Under the pieces are notes generated by a model. The model had not been told where the DNA came from. It ran no database searches and was given only the letters and a program-made list of their open reading frames with translations. A DNA stretch of 64,000 bases from Macrostomum lignano (Eukaryota), in the NCBI GenBank assembly GCA_002269645.1, contig NIVC01002392.1, positions 114,628 to 178,627 on the forward strand, in the 5' to 3' direction. This document shows positions 1-11,929 of the stretch, piece after piece; positions within the stretch are counted from its first letter, which is position 1, and the number at the start of each line of letters is the position of its first letter. The position numbers and the translations under genes were made by a program.

Positions 1-370
1 TTCTCTGCATGCTTGGATCATAAACATAGAGTCTAGATATTGCATCACAACTTATTTCTTTGTATTGACCTTATCCCAAAATCTAATGTATAAATCAAGC
101 AGCTTCTTTTAGTTAAATTTGTTAACTGTTTTATCTATGCAAATAAAAAATTTTATTTTCTATAAAATATTGTCTAGCATCTTTTCCCAAAAGTAAGGCA
201 GCAATCCCAATGTCATAAAGTAGGACACCTGAAATTAGACTTTAAAAAGCCATATAAAAACTATGAAAAGACTATGTAAATGAAATATATAGGATTCTTA
301 TGTAGTTCAAAAAGGAGATCTTGGTAATATAATTCTTTAAAGTCACAAAATATTTTAAATGCAAATAGTT

Positions 371-520
371 AGATGGCATAGCTCTATGAGTAGGCCTTAA
401 GTGCCACTAATTAGTGGAACATTGTGGGTTCAAGTCTTGCCAATAGTGATATACTTTTTAGGGTTCATTTAGCCTTTTATCCCTTTTGGCTTTGGGGTCA
501 ATAAAATAAGTACTAGGTCT
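371..520 (+). mobile_element. Heavily mutated tRNA-derived SINE remnant
   Basis: A-box-like GATGGCATAGCT, B-box-like GGGTTCAAGTC, then TTAGCCTTTTATCCC...GGGGTCAATAAAATAAGTAC, resembling a common invertebrate SINE central domain (recalled from memory). No CpG left. Confidence 0.4.
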
Positions 521-1732
521 AGTTTTGTATTAGTAAAACTAACAATGAGGCTCTAAGTTATATTAGCCCTGTATCCTTCCTAAACTCTAAAGGCAAAGAC
601 TGCACATAATAGTCTCTTCCTTAATTTAGGGCTTAGAAACAAAAAAGAGCATTGCTCCTACAATCTATAATAGATCATAGAAGTCTATACATAGGCCCTA
701 ATCTTTAATAGAGGCTTTAGATCTTTTCTATAATCAGAAAAGTAGATTCTACCCATTTTTGAGTATAGGCTACATAGGCTATTTCTCTAGCATACTTGGT
801 GCATTTGGCACAAAAAGAAAAATGAAAGCCTGCAACTTGATATAGCTGGTACATGGCATAGATACCCTTGATCAATTATTAATATGAAAAATTAGTAATT
901 TTTGAAAAATATAAATTTTTGCATTTTTTAAAAAGCTTATACATTATAATAATATCTTTTATCTTTTATCATGACAATCAATAATTCTATTATGACAATC
1001 GAAACTTGAAAGACTACTCAAAGTTAAACTCTATTTGCTATTTGCTACTTGCCATTTTTATATAATTTGCTATAAATTTGTGGACAAAAACAAAGCCACT
1101 GCAAGTAATTGAGTCAAGCTAATCTAGAGTAACAATATATTATTTAACTGATTTTTAACTTTAAGATAGAGCCTATACGGTTCCTAGACCAGCGGCATAA
1201 ACCAACCCTAGATAGGCAACTTTAAAAAATCAAAAGGGAGACCAAGTATATTTTTTCCAAAAACAGAGCCATCCTTCTGCCTTCTTGGTCTTTACTTTCT
1301 ATCTGTCCCCCTTCTCAACAAATTTCTAGTTACATAATTATACTAGATATTATTGCCATCTTTGTCATTTTCATTAACCATGGGTTTTTGGCCATTTTTA
1401 TCATATCAAAAATGTTATTAAATCTAGATTATAAAGTGACCAACTTTTAAAAGGAAACTTTGTCATTTAAAGATATTATAATAGGACTATAAATTATAGT
1501 ATAATATTAATTGTAATTTGTAATTGTTTTAGAGATCTAATAATATATTATAATTTTATTTCTATGCCTATAAGTACAAATTTGCATCTATACTTTATAC
1601 ATCAGTGTATTTTGCTAGTAATAAGACAAATGGGAGGGTGACTATATGTAGATACATACAGGTGACTGTATGTCTAGTCTATCTTTTAGGTTTATAATTG
1701 TATGTATTCAATTGCAATGTAGCCACTTATGG

Positions 1733-3409
1733 TAGTGTTCTACTGTAGCTGTAGCTACAGCTATGGGATCCTATGGCAAGTATGGTAAAATAGGTGCCTA
1801 CGGCAGCTATGGATACGCCTATGGTAGCTAGCTGCTCTTATGGCTACTACTATGGAAATATAGTAGTTGTTGTCATATTCTGTAGATTCCCATAGCCATA
1901 GTTATTGATATTAAAAATTGAAAAAAATATTAGACACAGGTAGAGTAAAACAAAGATACTTTTAGTAAACTGTATTTTCAACTTAGAAACTTTTACAATA
2001 TACCTAAAAAAGTACAATAAAACACTAGCAGGAAAATCAGGAAAATGAAAGCAAAGGCAAACATTTGCATTTTTATCTTTGATAATACAAAATTAATTAA
2101 TTTTGTTTGAGGAATTTTGTAACTTTGCATTGTCAAAGATAAAATGTGAATGTTTGCTTTTGCTTTCATTTTCCTGACTTTCCTCAAATGGTATACCTTA
2201 CCTGGAAAACACTAGCAAACTCTAATTTTTATTAATGTGAAAAAGTTCAGCATTAGTACTTTCAGTAACAATTAAGTATTGTTGCTCTGAAAAAAGACGA
2301 AATATAATCTTACAAAGGCATTCTTGTGTTTCTTTTATTTTCTAACTTCATTTGCTGTTGTTTAAGCACTAGGTTATTTTCTTGATTCAAAATATTTTGT
2401 TTTCTAGACTTTTTGTTAAAACTATGGCTAGGCCTATAGGAACTACGGGAATATGGTAATATTGGTCCCTATGGCTATGGAATACAGAGAATTAGAATAC
2501 ACTATAGTTTTGCTTACGGCTACGACTACAGTATAGTGTTCTGCTGCCGCAAGTTTTGACCTCCGTAACCGTAACCGTAGCCGTAAGAAAGAAGCAACTT
2601 CCGTAGCCGAATTTTGCCGTCATTACGGGCTAAAAAAGTCCGTAACCGTAATTTGCCGTAACCGTAGCCGTAATGATATTTTTGCATGAAAAGTGGGGCA
2701 GACAGAAAAGGACAAATAAAAAGGATAAAAGGATAGCAATAAAACGTACTTGTTGTTCGTTCATGCATTAATATTAATTTATTTTTTTCGTAAATATAAT
2801 ATCTTTATCTAAGTATTCTATAGCATTGTTGTATGCAATTGTGTGCTTGGTGCCTTTTTCAGTTTTCTGTGTTGTGATTCTGTTTTGTTTCGCTACAATA
2901 TGCTAAGGAGCTAAATGCTACATATGGCTAAGAAATAAGAATGCCAGATTCTTAGTCTCTTGCAGGCTTTGACTGGCTCTCTCTGTCTCACTGCTATCAT
3001 GCTATCGCTATGCTATGCTATGCCGGATGCCTAATGAGAAAATTTGTGAAAAAATTCATTTTTTGTTTTCAAAAAGTTTCGTAGATATTTAGAAACTTAA
3101 CAAATGTAAAAAAAATAATAACTAGTAAAACAAAATGAAAACTGGTTGAAGTTGATATAAAAAAAATTTCTTTTATAACACTAAACAGTTAAAAATAGAT
3201 AATTTTTGTTACGGCTACCAATTACGGCAAGTCTAGAAAAATCTCTGTAATCCGTAACCGTAACCGTAAGCTCAAAATATGTCCGTAACCGTAATCCGTA
3301 ATGAAAATACGGCTTCAAAAGTGTCGTAGCCGTAATTTGCCGTAGCTGTAACCGTAATTACGGCGGAACACTACTACAGTACATGAACCCTCCTTAAGGA
3401 GGAACACTA
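1733..3409. mobile_element. Older non-autonomous hAT-type element (outer member of a nest)
   Basis: TIR TAGTGTTC at 1733 and GAACACTA ending 3409. Degenerate 8-bp TSD ACTTATGG (1725-1732) / TCTTGTGG (3410-3417). Subterminal TATGG/CTGTA repeats look like CpG-decayed TACGG/CCGTA. Confidence 0.7.
2534..3373. mobile_element. Younger non-autonomous hAT element, 840 bp
   Basis: TIRs TAGTGTTCTGC / GCGGAACACTA. Perfect 8-bp TSD CTACAGTA at 2526-2533 and 3374-3381. Clustered subterminal CCGTAA/TTACGG repeats at both ends. Confidence 0.9.
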
Positions 3410-5153
3410 TCTTGTGGCTATTGATATAACAATAACGTAACTTGGTTGACAAATTTATATATAGCAAAGTTTTTGATATAAAAATGAATGACAAAGTGTT
3501 TATAGGGAATCAATATCAATGATGAAGTGTCTACATTAGTATTATAGATAAAAAAGTAGTAGGCCAGGCTTAAGTCCTAAGATGACAGTGTCCAAAAATA
3601 TAAATAGGTGACAAAGTAATAAGATGACAAAGTGTTTAATAACTAACCATAGCATATGTCAACCCAAGTGCTGGCACATAGTACAACTAAAAGGATATAA
3701 AATTGCTTTAGGGGCCTAACATGGGCTTCTTGAAGTTTATGTTGATAAAATAGTTGCAATTTTGATAGGATCATAATTCCGTCTCTATGAGGGTTTTTGA
3801 TGGTGCTGATTTCAAATTTGAGCTCCATTTTTTGGTAGCTTTAACCCAATTATATGTAGCTTAAAGCCAACCACCGGGGCATGGGGAATGGGGGGGGTTA
3901 AGGTAGGGAGATTTTTCATGAGGATTGATTTTATCAACATTAACTTCAATAAAGGCATGGAGACCCATTGTAGGTTATGTTGATTTATTCCAATCCTAAT
4001 AGGGGGGGGGGGTTGTAGCTTAAAGCCAACCACTGGGGCATGGGGAATGGGGGGTTTCAGGGTGGGGAGATCGAGTGAATTGTGATTGCATCAACCAACC
4101 GTACAGCTGTACAGGTAACTTTCTGCTGTTTTTTTTTACATTTTTGAGATTTTGGGTGTCCCATAAGTGTCCACCACAAGTTTTAGAAACACATGGTGCA
4201 TGAGGAAAAATGGGGGAAATTTTTTCTAGGGGCCTACATTTGTTGTGCTGTGCAATACATCTTCATGGTTGTGGGATCTTTTAATTAAACTAAGTACATA
4301 ATTTGGTCAAAAAATCTATAGTATAAACCAAGTAGAATATAATGCTCACAGAGCAATGCCTTTGCAATAGGGCAAAAAGCCAGGCCTTTGAAAAAAGATG
4401 TGACATAAAATAATAGGCCTAACCCTAAGTAAGGTCAAGGAATAGCCTGAGTAAGGAGGGGATGGTCTGAGGCCAAAATAAGGTGAAATAAGGAGTATAA
4501 GGAGAATAAGGAGACCTTCCACACCACGGAAATGGTTAAAAACTTTTAGCAGACATTTTAAAAGTTTAACCTTCAAATGTTCATTGGAAAAAGGGTCAAG
4601 TAAAGAAAAAGAAATTAAAAGTTGTATTCAAGTTCAAAATTACTTAACGAAACATCGAAGGACAGTTGCGATAAAGCATACGAAACTGAAAAAACCGATA
4701 GACAGTGCTACACCAACGTCAAAACCATAGATGTAGCCTAGCTACTAGCTACCATCGTCCATCCGTCGAATGCCAGCAGAATTCTTGCATTCCAGGAATT
4801 ATAATAATTTTAAGTTTTTAAAAATAATAACAAAATAAACAAATAAATGTTTTTATTACTTTTCAATACGAAGCGCAGCACAAAGTCGTTTCAAACTGTT
4901 TATTACTCAAACTTTGCGTTCTATTTTCAGCAAAGTTGGATACAATTGGCTTTCAGTTAGTCATAGTTTCAGATTAATAGTTCTGCTATAATTTCGACAA
5001 ACCCTTCAAAGCCTCTCTCTGTATTCTACACACGATTGAATTGTCACTTCTATGCTGATCAATCGTTTGCATATTTAACTGGAACGCAGGAAACTTAAGT
5101 GCTACATAAGTCGTTTCTTTTAGTGATTATTTTACACTGAGCTTGCCTGCATA

Positions 5154-6669
5154 ATGGTTACTTCACTTCGAAAAAGGTATATGTACATACATGTAGAATT
5201 AATACAATTTGTAGGAATGTAGCATTTGCTATTTGATAAATGATGAGTTTTAATTTCTTTCTTTTGTGGGCTTTAAGTCTTAATTATTTTTCAACATATT
5301 TTTGCAAGAAAGTTAAGAAAAACAAAATTAACATAATTAACTCAGATTTATGATTTATGTATACTGCACATCTATTAAATCTAATTATTCCAGATGTACC
5401 CAGGTTATCTGCTCAGAAATTAGACAGCTCAAGCTAGCCTACCTGCTCAGCTTTCCTCCGTTCATTCGCAACCAATTGCACGATATGATGTCGCGTCGCT
5501 CGCTCACTGGCTCAGACAGCCTTCTCGCGGCTCAGCTGGTCACCTGGGCTACTCAGCGAGTAGACTGGAGCAACTTTGATGAAATCACAGACGAATGCGT
5601 GCAACACTTGTCCGCCTGCAAGTCGCTGCAATCGTTGAATCTTAACGCTATGAAGGGCAGTCGCGAGGTTCCGACAGAGAAAATACTTCTAACCGTGTTG
5701 CCTCATCTGGCCAACCTGCGCGAGGTTCAGCTGCGTCGCTGCAGCCAGGTGGGTTTCGTTTGGGTTTTGTTTCTACTCCGTGTGAATAGATGTGACACTC
5801 GGGTGGGATTCATATCCCAACATCCGTGAGTTTCAGGACAGAAGCTGTGTGCATCATACGATGCTCGTTAGATGGACCAGAGGAATTTAGACTGGATATC
5901 CCACAGACATTCGGGTCCACATGGATCTCCCACGGATCCACAAGGATAGCCAACAGGAGGCATTCGGGTCCACATGGATAGCCCACAGCAGGCATTCGGA
6001 TCCACATGGACATCCCACTGATCCACATGGATAGCCCACAGGAGACATTCGGATCCACATGGATATCCCACAGGAGACATTCGGATCCACATGGATATCC
6101 CACAGGAGGCATTCGGTTCCACATGGATATCCCACAGGAGGCATTGGGATCCACATGGATATCCCACGGATCCACATGGATAGCCCACAGGAGACATTCG
6201 GATCCACATGGATATCCCACAGGAATCATTCGAACTCTCACTGTCCCGCACCCGTCGCTTCGAACCGAAGGTGACCGACTCAGTGGTGGACGCCCTGACC
6301 GCAGCGTCGGGCCGGCGCCTGCGGGTGCTGAACCTGCAGGGCTGCTCCAGCTGCACCGACGCCAGCCTCCGCCACATCGCGGAGAGGTGCCGCTGCCTCG
6401 GCAGCCTCAACCTGAGCGGCTGCAGCATCACGGATAAAGGTGTCGCCATCTTGGCCGCCTCGCCATTGAGCAAGCTGCTCAGCGAACTGCAGATTAACCA
6501 GTGCGTCTCCATCACTGACGCCAGCATCCGCTGTCTGGTGGACTCTTGCCCTAAGCTCAGCATTCTCACCTTCACCAACTGCCCTCTGCTTACGGTGGAG
6601 TCTCGAATAGCCCTGGAAACGATGCAGAACCGAGGCAAAATGAAGCAACTGTTCTGGACTGTGTACTGA
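5154..6669 (+). CDS. AMN1: Protein AMN1 homolog (antagonist of mitotic exit network 1; F-box/LRR-like), 258 aa
   Basis: Exons 5154-5176, 5394-5748, 6271-6669 with GT-AG introns and matching phases (777 nt). Cys-containing LRRs (LNLQGCSSCTDASL, LNLSGCSITDKGV) and the AMN1-type C-terminus KMKQLFWTVY. Exon 1 is less certain. Confidence 0.9.
5890..6225. repeat. 32-bp minisatellite in AMN1 intron 2
   Basis: Unit CACATGGATATCCCACAGGAGACATTCGGATC, about 10 degenerate copies. Produces the spurious repetitive ORFs at 5810-6638. Confidence 0.9.
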
Positions 6670-7169
6670 CACCGTACACAATTCCGCTAAATGCTTTCTG
6701 CGAATTATTTCGACAGTTCTTGGTCTCGATTAGCTCTCTGAATAGAACACTTTAGTAATTTAGTAACCTAATTGCTAATACTATTTTTGTCTCATAATTG
6801 TACCTACTGTCTCCACAGTTCAAAAGCTATTTGAACGCTTTTTTCTTAGAAGCTTTTGTTTCTAAGAAATGTGTGCCCAATTTACGAGCAAAACAAAGAC
6901 TTTTAGAAACCGTTAAACCGTCAACGCATAAATCATGCTTTGCGTGACAATTTATTCCAGAAAATATTGCGCATCTACATGTAACCGGTGGCGATTGACC
7001 ATATTTTTCACTTTCTACAGCAGCTCCCAGTCAATCAATGAAGTGATCCAGATTGCACAAATAAAAACTTTCTACTGTTAAAAACATTATTTTTCTTTTC
7101 TTTTTGTAACCGTTAGGCTACTAACAGTAGTTGTAAAGTTTATTTCGTTTTTTAATATTATTTACTGTT

Positions 7170-7502
7170 ATATCTTAGCGGCAAACGCGTCTGACTCTCG
7201 CGCCACGACCCCTGGTTCGATTCCCTGCGCGGCCAACATTCATTTGGGGGCTTGTAGTGCACGAAAATTAGCCGAGGCCGTTGTCATGCGATTCACAGCC
7301 ATGACGGCCAACCTCCAAGGCACAGACAGTGTACATGCCTGATGATTTGACAGTCGTATTAATACGTGCCTGCGTACAGTATCTTATTGGCCCTCAGGTA
7401 TGTGCTCTCAGGAGTCAGCAGAATGGGCAGAATCATCTCATCAGAGCTGGTTGTGTGGCCACAACGCCTCCTGCAATTATTGTTATTCCATGAATGAATG
7501 AA
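7170..7502 (+). mobile_element. tRNA-derived SINE, second family
   Basis: TAGCGGCAAACGCGTCTGACT...GGTTCGATTCCC head (A/B boxes) and (ATGA)n tail at about 7490-7502. Confidence 0.55.
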
Positions 7503-7957
7503 CGGAGTGGGACAAGTGGAACAACAAAACTACATGTATCTCAGATTGGCATTGAAATTCGTTAACCCTTCCTCTGTTCTATGGTTCTGGGCAATGATCT
7601 GAAGGCCCGAAACTCCGCGTGGACTGCGGCCCGAATCGCTACACACAGTTTGCGTTCATCCGCTTATCAGCCAATGAAAAGCCTCTCGGAGGCAGAGCTA
7701 GGAGAAATCGAATGCAAGAAAAAGAGGATTTTCGGGGTGTACATTTCCCTAAGATTCAGCATAAATGGGGATGCAGATGAAGAAGCATCATCCATCCAGC
7801 ATCTTCTTCATCAATTATTAAAGCCAGCCTGCGGCCTCCTTTATCGTAGGTACTATCAATAAATTCTTGCAGCATGCGCTGCTGCACTTTCTGGTGAAGG
7901 CCGTGAGGTGAGGGACTTCCGCAACCCCAGCTGCTGCAGTCGAACTGAACGCTTCCG

Positions 7958-8665
7958 ATGCCTCAGCAGGGCTGGAGCTGCCTGCAGCGTTTCCTGTCCG
8001 AGGGCCACTTCCGGCAGAACGCCTGGACCCTGCTGGCCCTGGCCGCCAGCCTCATCGCCGCTGACGCGCTGCAGTTCCTCGCCTGCTTCCTGCCAGCCAG
8101 CGCGTCGGCCTGTCTGGAGCTGTACAGCCGGCCCGGCGACGCCGCCCTCCGAGTGCTGGCGCTGCCGCTGGCGCCGGCGCTACTGGCGCCAGGCAGCCTC
8201 AGCCTGCTGGCCGCCACCCGGTCGCCCAGTTTGTCCGGCTGCGCCTGGCGCTCGTGCTGTCTGGCGCTGCCGGCCGCCGCCTGCCTGCTGGCCGCCGCGG
8301 TCAGCAAAGTCGCCGACCAGGCCACCATCCGTCTGCGCGCCGAGGCGGCCAGCGACTCGGCCGGAGCCGCCGCCGCGCTGGCCAACCTGGCCGGACTGAC
8401 GCTCTGCGTGGCCGGCGACTGCCTGCTGCTGGTCTTTCTGGCCATGCAGGCCTGCGTCGCTCGAAGCTGGCAGCGGCGTCGGCGGCGTCGGAGATGCGTC
8501 GGCGGCTCAGCGGCTGGGCGGCGGCTGGAGGAGGATTTCTTGGATGACGGAGATGAGGCGGCGGCGGAGGCTGAAGATTTTTTTCGGCTGCCGGCGAGAG
8601 AAGACGACGGGACGCCTGACGATCTGGGGGCGAGGCTGGCGAGGTCGCCTGCGACAGCGTTGTGA
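7958..8665 (+). CDS. Predicted multi-pass membrane protein of unknown family, 235 aa
   Basis: GC-rich ORF with the same CTG/GCC codon bias as the recognised genes. About 4 hydrophobic Ala/Leu/Cys segments, then a poly-Arg stretch and an acidic tail. 5' end uncertain. Confidence 0.55.
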   Translation: MPQQGWSCLQRFLSEGHFRQNAWTLLALAASLIAADALQFLACFLPASASACLELYSRPGDAALRVLALPLAPALLAPGSLSLLAATRSPSLSGCAWRSCCLALPAAACLLAAAVSKVADQATIRLRAEAASDSAGAAAALANLAGLTLCVAGDCLLLVFLAMQACVARSWQRRRRRRRCVGGSAAGRRLEEDFLDDGDEAAAEAEDFFRLPAREDDGTPDDLGARLARSPATAL

Positions 8666-8702
8666 CTCAATCGGAACTGGCCTGACAAGCCTGGGCGCCA
8701 CT

Positions 8703-11432
8703 GGATGTCAGGGATAGGAGTCATGCAGTGTCAGGGATAGGAGTCATGCAGTGTCAGACACAGGAGTCATGCAGTGTCAGACATAGGATTCATGCAGTGT
8801 CAGACATAGGAGTCATGCAGTGTCAGACATAGGAGTCATGGGATGTCAGTGATAGGAGTCATGCAGTGTCAGACATAGGAGTCATGTAGTGTCAGGGATA
8901 GGAGTCATGCAGTGTCAGACATAGGAGTCATGCAGTGTCAGACATAGGAGTCATGTAGTGTCAGGGATAGGAGTCATGCAGTGTCAGACATAGGAGTCAT
9001 GTAGTGTCAGGGATAGGAGTCATGCAGTGTCAGGGATAGGAGTCATGCAGTGTCAGACATAGGAGTCATGCAGTGTCAGACATAGGAGTCATGCAGTGTC
9101 AGACAAAGGAGTCATACAGTGTCAGACATAGGAGTCATGCAGTGTCAGACAAAGGAGTCATGAAGTGTCAAACATACGAGTCATGTAGTGTCAGACAAAG
9201 GAGTCATGCAGTGTCAGAGATAAGAGTCATGCAGTGTCAGAGATAGGAGTCATGCAGTGTCAGAGATAAGAGTCATGCAGTGTCAGGGATAGGAGTCATG
9301 TAGTGTCAGGGATAGGAGTCATGCAGTGTCAGGGATAGGAGTCATGCAGTGTCAGGGATAGGAGTCATGCAGTGTCAGACATAAGAGTCATGTAGTGTCA
9401 GGGATAGGAGTCATGCAATGTCAGACACAGGAGTCATGTAGTGTCAGGGATAGGAGTCATGCAGTGTCAGAGATAGGAGTCATGCAGTGTCAGGGATAGG
9501 AGTCATGGGATGTCGAGGATGGGAGTCATGGTATGTCAGGGATGGGAGTCATGCAGTGTCAGGGATAGGAGTCATGTAGTGTCAGGGATAGGAGTCATGC
9601 AGTGTCAGGGATAGGAGTCATGCAGTGTCAGACATAGGAGTCATGCAGTGTCAGACATAGGAGTCATGCAGTGTCAGACATAGGAGTCATACAGTGTCAG
9701 ACATAGGAGTCATGCAGTGTCAGACAAAGGAATCATGAAGTGTCAGACATAGGAGTCATGTAGTGTCAGACAAAGGAGTCATGCAGTGTCAGAGATAAGA
9801 GTCATGCAGTGTCAGAGATAGGAGTCATGCAGTGTCAGAGATAGGAGTCATGCAGTGTCAGAGATAGGAGTCATGCAGTGTCAGACATAGGAGTCATGGG
9901 ATGTCGGTGATAGGAGTCATGCAGTGTCAGGGATAGGAGTCATGCAGTGTCAGGGATAGGAGTCATGCAGTGTCAGGGATAGGAGTCATGGGATGTCGAG
10001 GATGGGAGTCATGGTATGTCAGGGATGGGAGTCATGCAGTGTCAGGGATAGGAGTCATGTAGTGTCAGGGATAGGAGTCATGCAGTGTCAGACATAGGAG
10101 TCATGCAGTGTCAGACATAGGAGTCATGCAGTGTCAGACATAGGAGTCATGCAGTGTCAGACATAGGAGTCATGCAGTGTCAGACATAGGAGTCATGCAG
10201 TGTCAGACATATGAGTCATGTAGTGTCAGACATAGGAGTCATGCAGTGTCAGACATAGGAGTCATGCAGTGTCAGACATAGGAGTCATGCAGTGTCAGAC
10301 ATAGGAGTCATGGGATGTCAGTGATAGGAGTCATGCAGTGTCAGGGATAGGAGTCATGCAGTGTCAGGGATAGGAGTCATGTAGTGTCAGGGATAGGAGT
10401 CATGCAGTGTCAGGGATAGGAGTCATGCAGTGTCAGACACAGGAGTCATGCAGTGTCAGGGATAGGAGTCATGCAGTGTCAGGGATAGGAGTCATGTAGT
10501 GTCAGGGATAGGAGTCATGCAGTGTCAGAGATAGGAGTCATGCAGTGTCAGGAATAGGAGTCATGGGATGTCGAGGATGGGAGTCATGGTATGTCAGGGA
10601 TGGGAGTCATGCAGTGTCAGGGATAGGAGTCATGTAGTGTCAGGGATAGGAGTCATGCAGTGTCAGACATAGGAGTCATGCAGTGTCAGACATAGGAGTC
10701 ATGCAGTGTCAGACATAGGAGTCATGCAGTGTCAGACAAAGGAGTCATACAGTGTCAGACATAGGAGTCATGCAGTGTCAGACAAAGGAGTCATGAAGTG
10801 TCAGACATACGAGTCATGTAGTGTCAGACAAAGGAGTCATGCAGTGTCAGAGATAAGAGTCATGCAGTGTCAGAGATAGGAGTCATGCAGTGTCAGAGAT
10901 AAGAGTCATGCAGTGTCAGAGATAAGAGTCATGCAGTGTCAGAGATAGGAGTCATGCAGTGTCAGAGATAAGAGTCATGGGATGTCGAGGATGGGAGTCA
11001 TGGTATGTGAGGGATGGGAGTCATGTAGTGTCAGGGATAGGAGTCATGCAGTGTCAGAAATAGGAGTCATGCAGTGTCAGACATAGGAGTCATGCAGTGT
11101 CAGACATAGGAGTCATGCAGTGTCAGACAAAGGAGTCATACAGTGTCAGACATAGGAGTCATGCAGTGTCAGACAAAGGAGTCATACAGTGTCAGACATA
11201 GGAGTCGTGCAGTGTCAGACAAAGGAGTCATACAGTGTCAGACATAGGAGTCATGCAGTGTCAGACAAAGGAGTCATACAGTGTCAGACAAAGGAGTCAT
11301 GCAGTGTCAGAGATGGGAGTCATGCAGTGTCAGGGATAGGAGTCATGCAGTGTCAGAGATAAGAGTCATGGGATGTCGAGGATGGGAGTCATGGTATGTC
11401 AGGGATAGGAGTCATGCAGTGTCGGACATAGG
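8703..11432. repeat. 23-bp minisatellite, about 2.7 kb
   Basis: Unit GGAGTCATGCAGTGTCAGACATA with GGGATA/GAGATA/ACAAA variants. Confidence 0.97.
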
Positions 11433-11929
11433 ATATTATTAAATTACTTTATACCCAAATATGCATGCTTGTATCACAAATATTTGTTGTATTGATTTGC
11501 ACTCAGTTTTAATTTTCAAATCAAATATAATTTACGTACTGATCGGGTATAGTACTCGTATATTGACCTTACTGAAGATTTGGATCGATTTTATTAACGC
11601 AAATGCAACTGGGATCGTCCATTCGCTTTTTATGGATGTATCAGATGTCAAACTGGGTGAGAATTTGATGCCGTCCAAGGTAGCAGGTTAAAATGGAAAT
11701 TAAATTCAATCGATTCTTGTGCAGATCCAATTTCGATGATCGAACCATAACTGCAGGCAGAAATTCTGGTCACTGAGGATGAGATGACAGCTCAGTTTAA
11801 AGTTTCGAGTATGCCAAAATTTAAATGCAGAATTACCGCCTAGATAGTTAGGCTCCCTTTGAATATAGCTTGTAATTTAGATGAAGTCAAACTGAAGTCC
11901 TATCTGAAGTCAGTCTGAAGCATCTTAAT

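Noticed and set aside
7963-8724. Antisense ORFs over GC-rich exons (also over AMN1, SLC9B and the TRP-like gene)
   Set aside because: Shadow ORFs caused by GC-rich codon usage on the opposite strand.
8703-11432. CRISPR-like regular repeats (also the other arrays)
   Set aside because: Head-to-tail units with no unique spacers, no cas genes, and a eukaryotic context.
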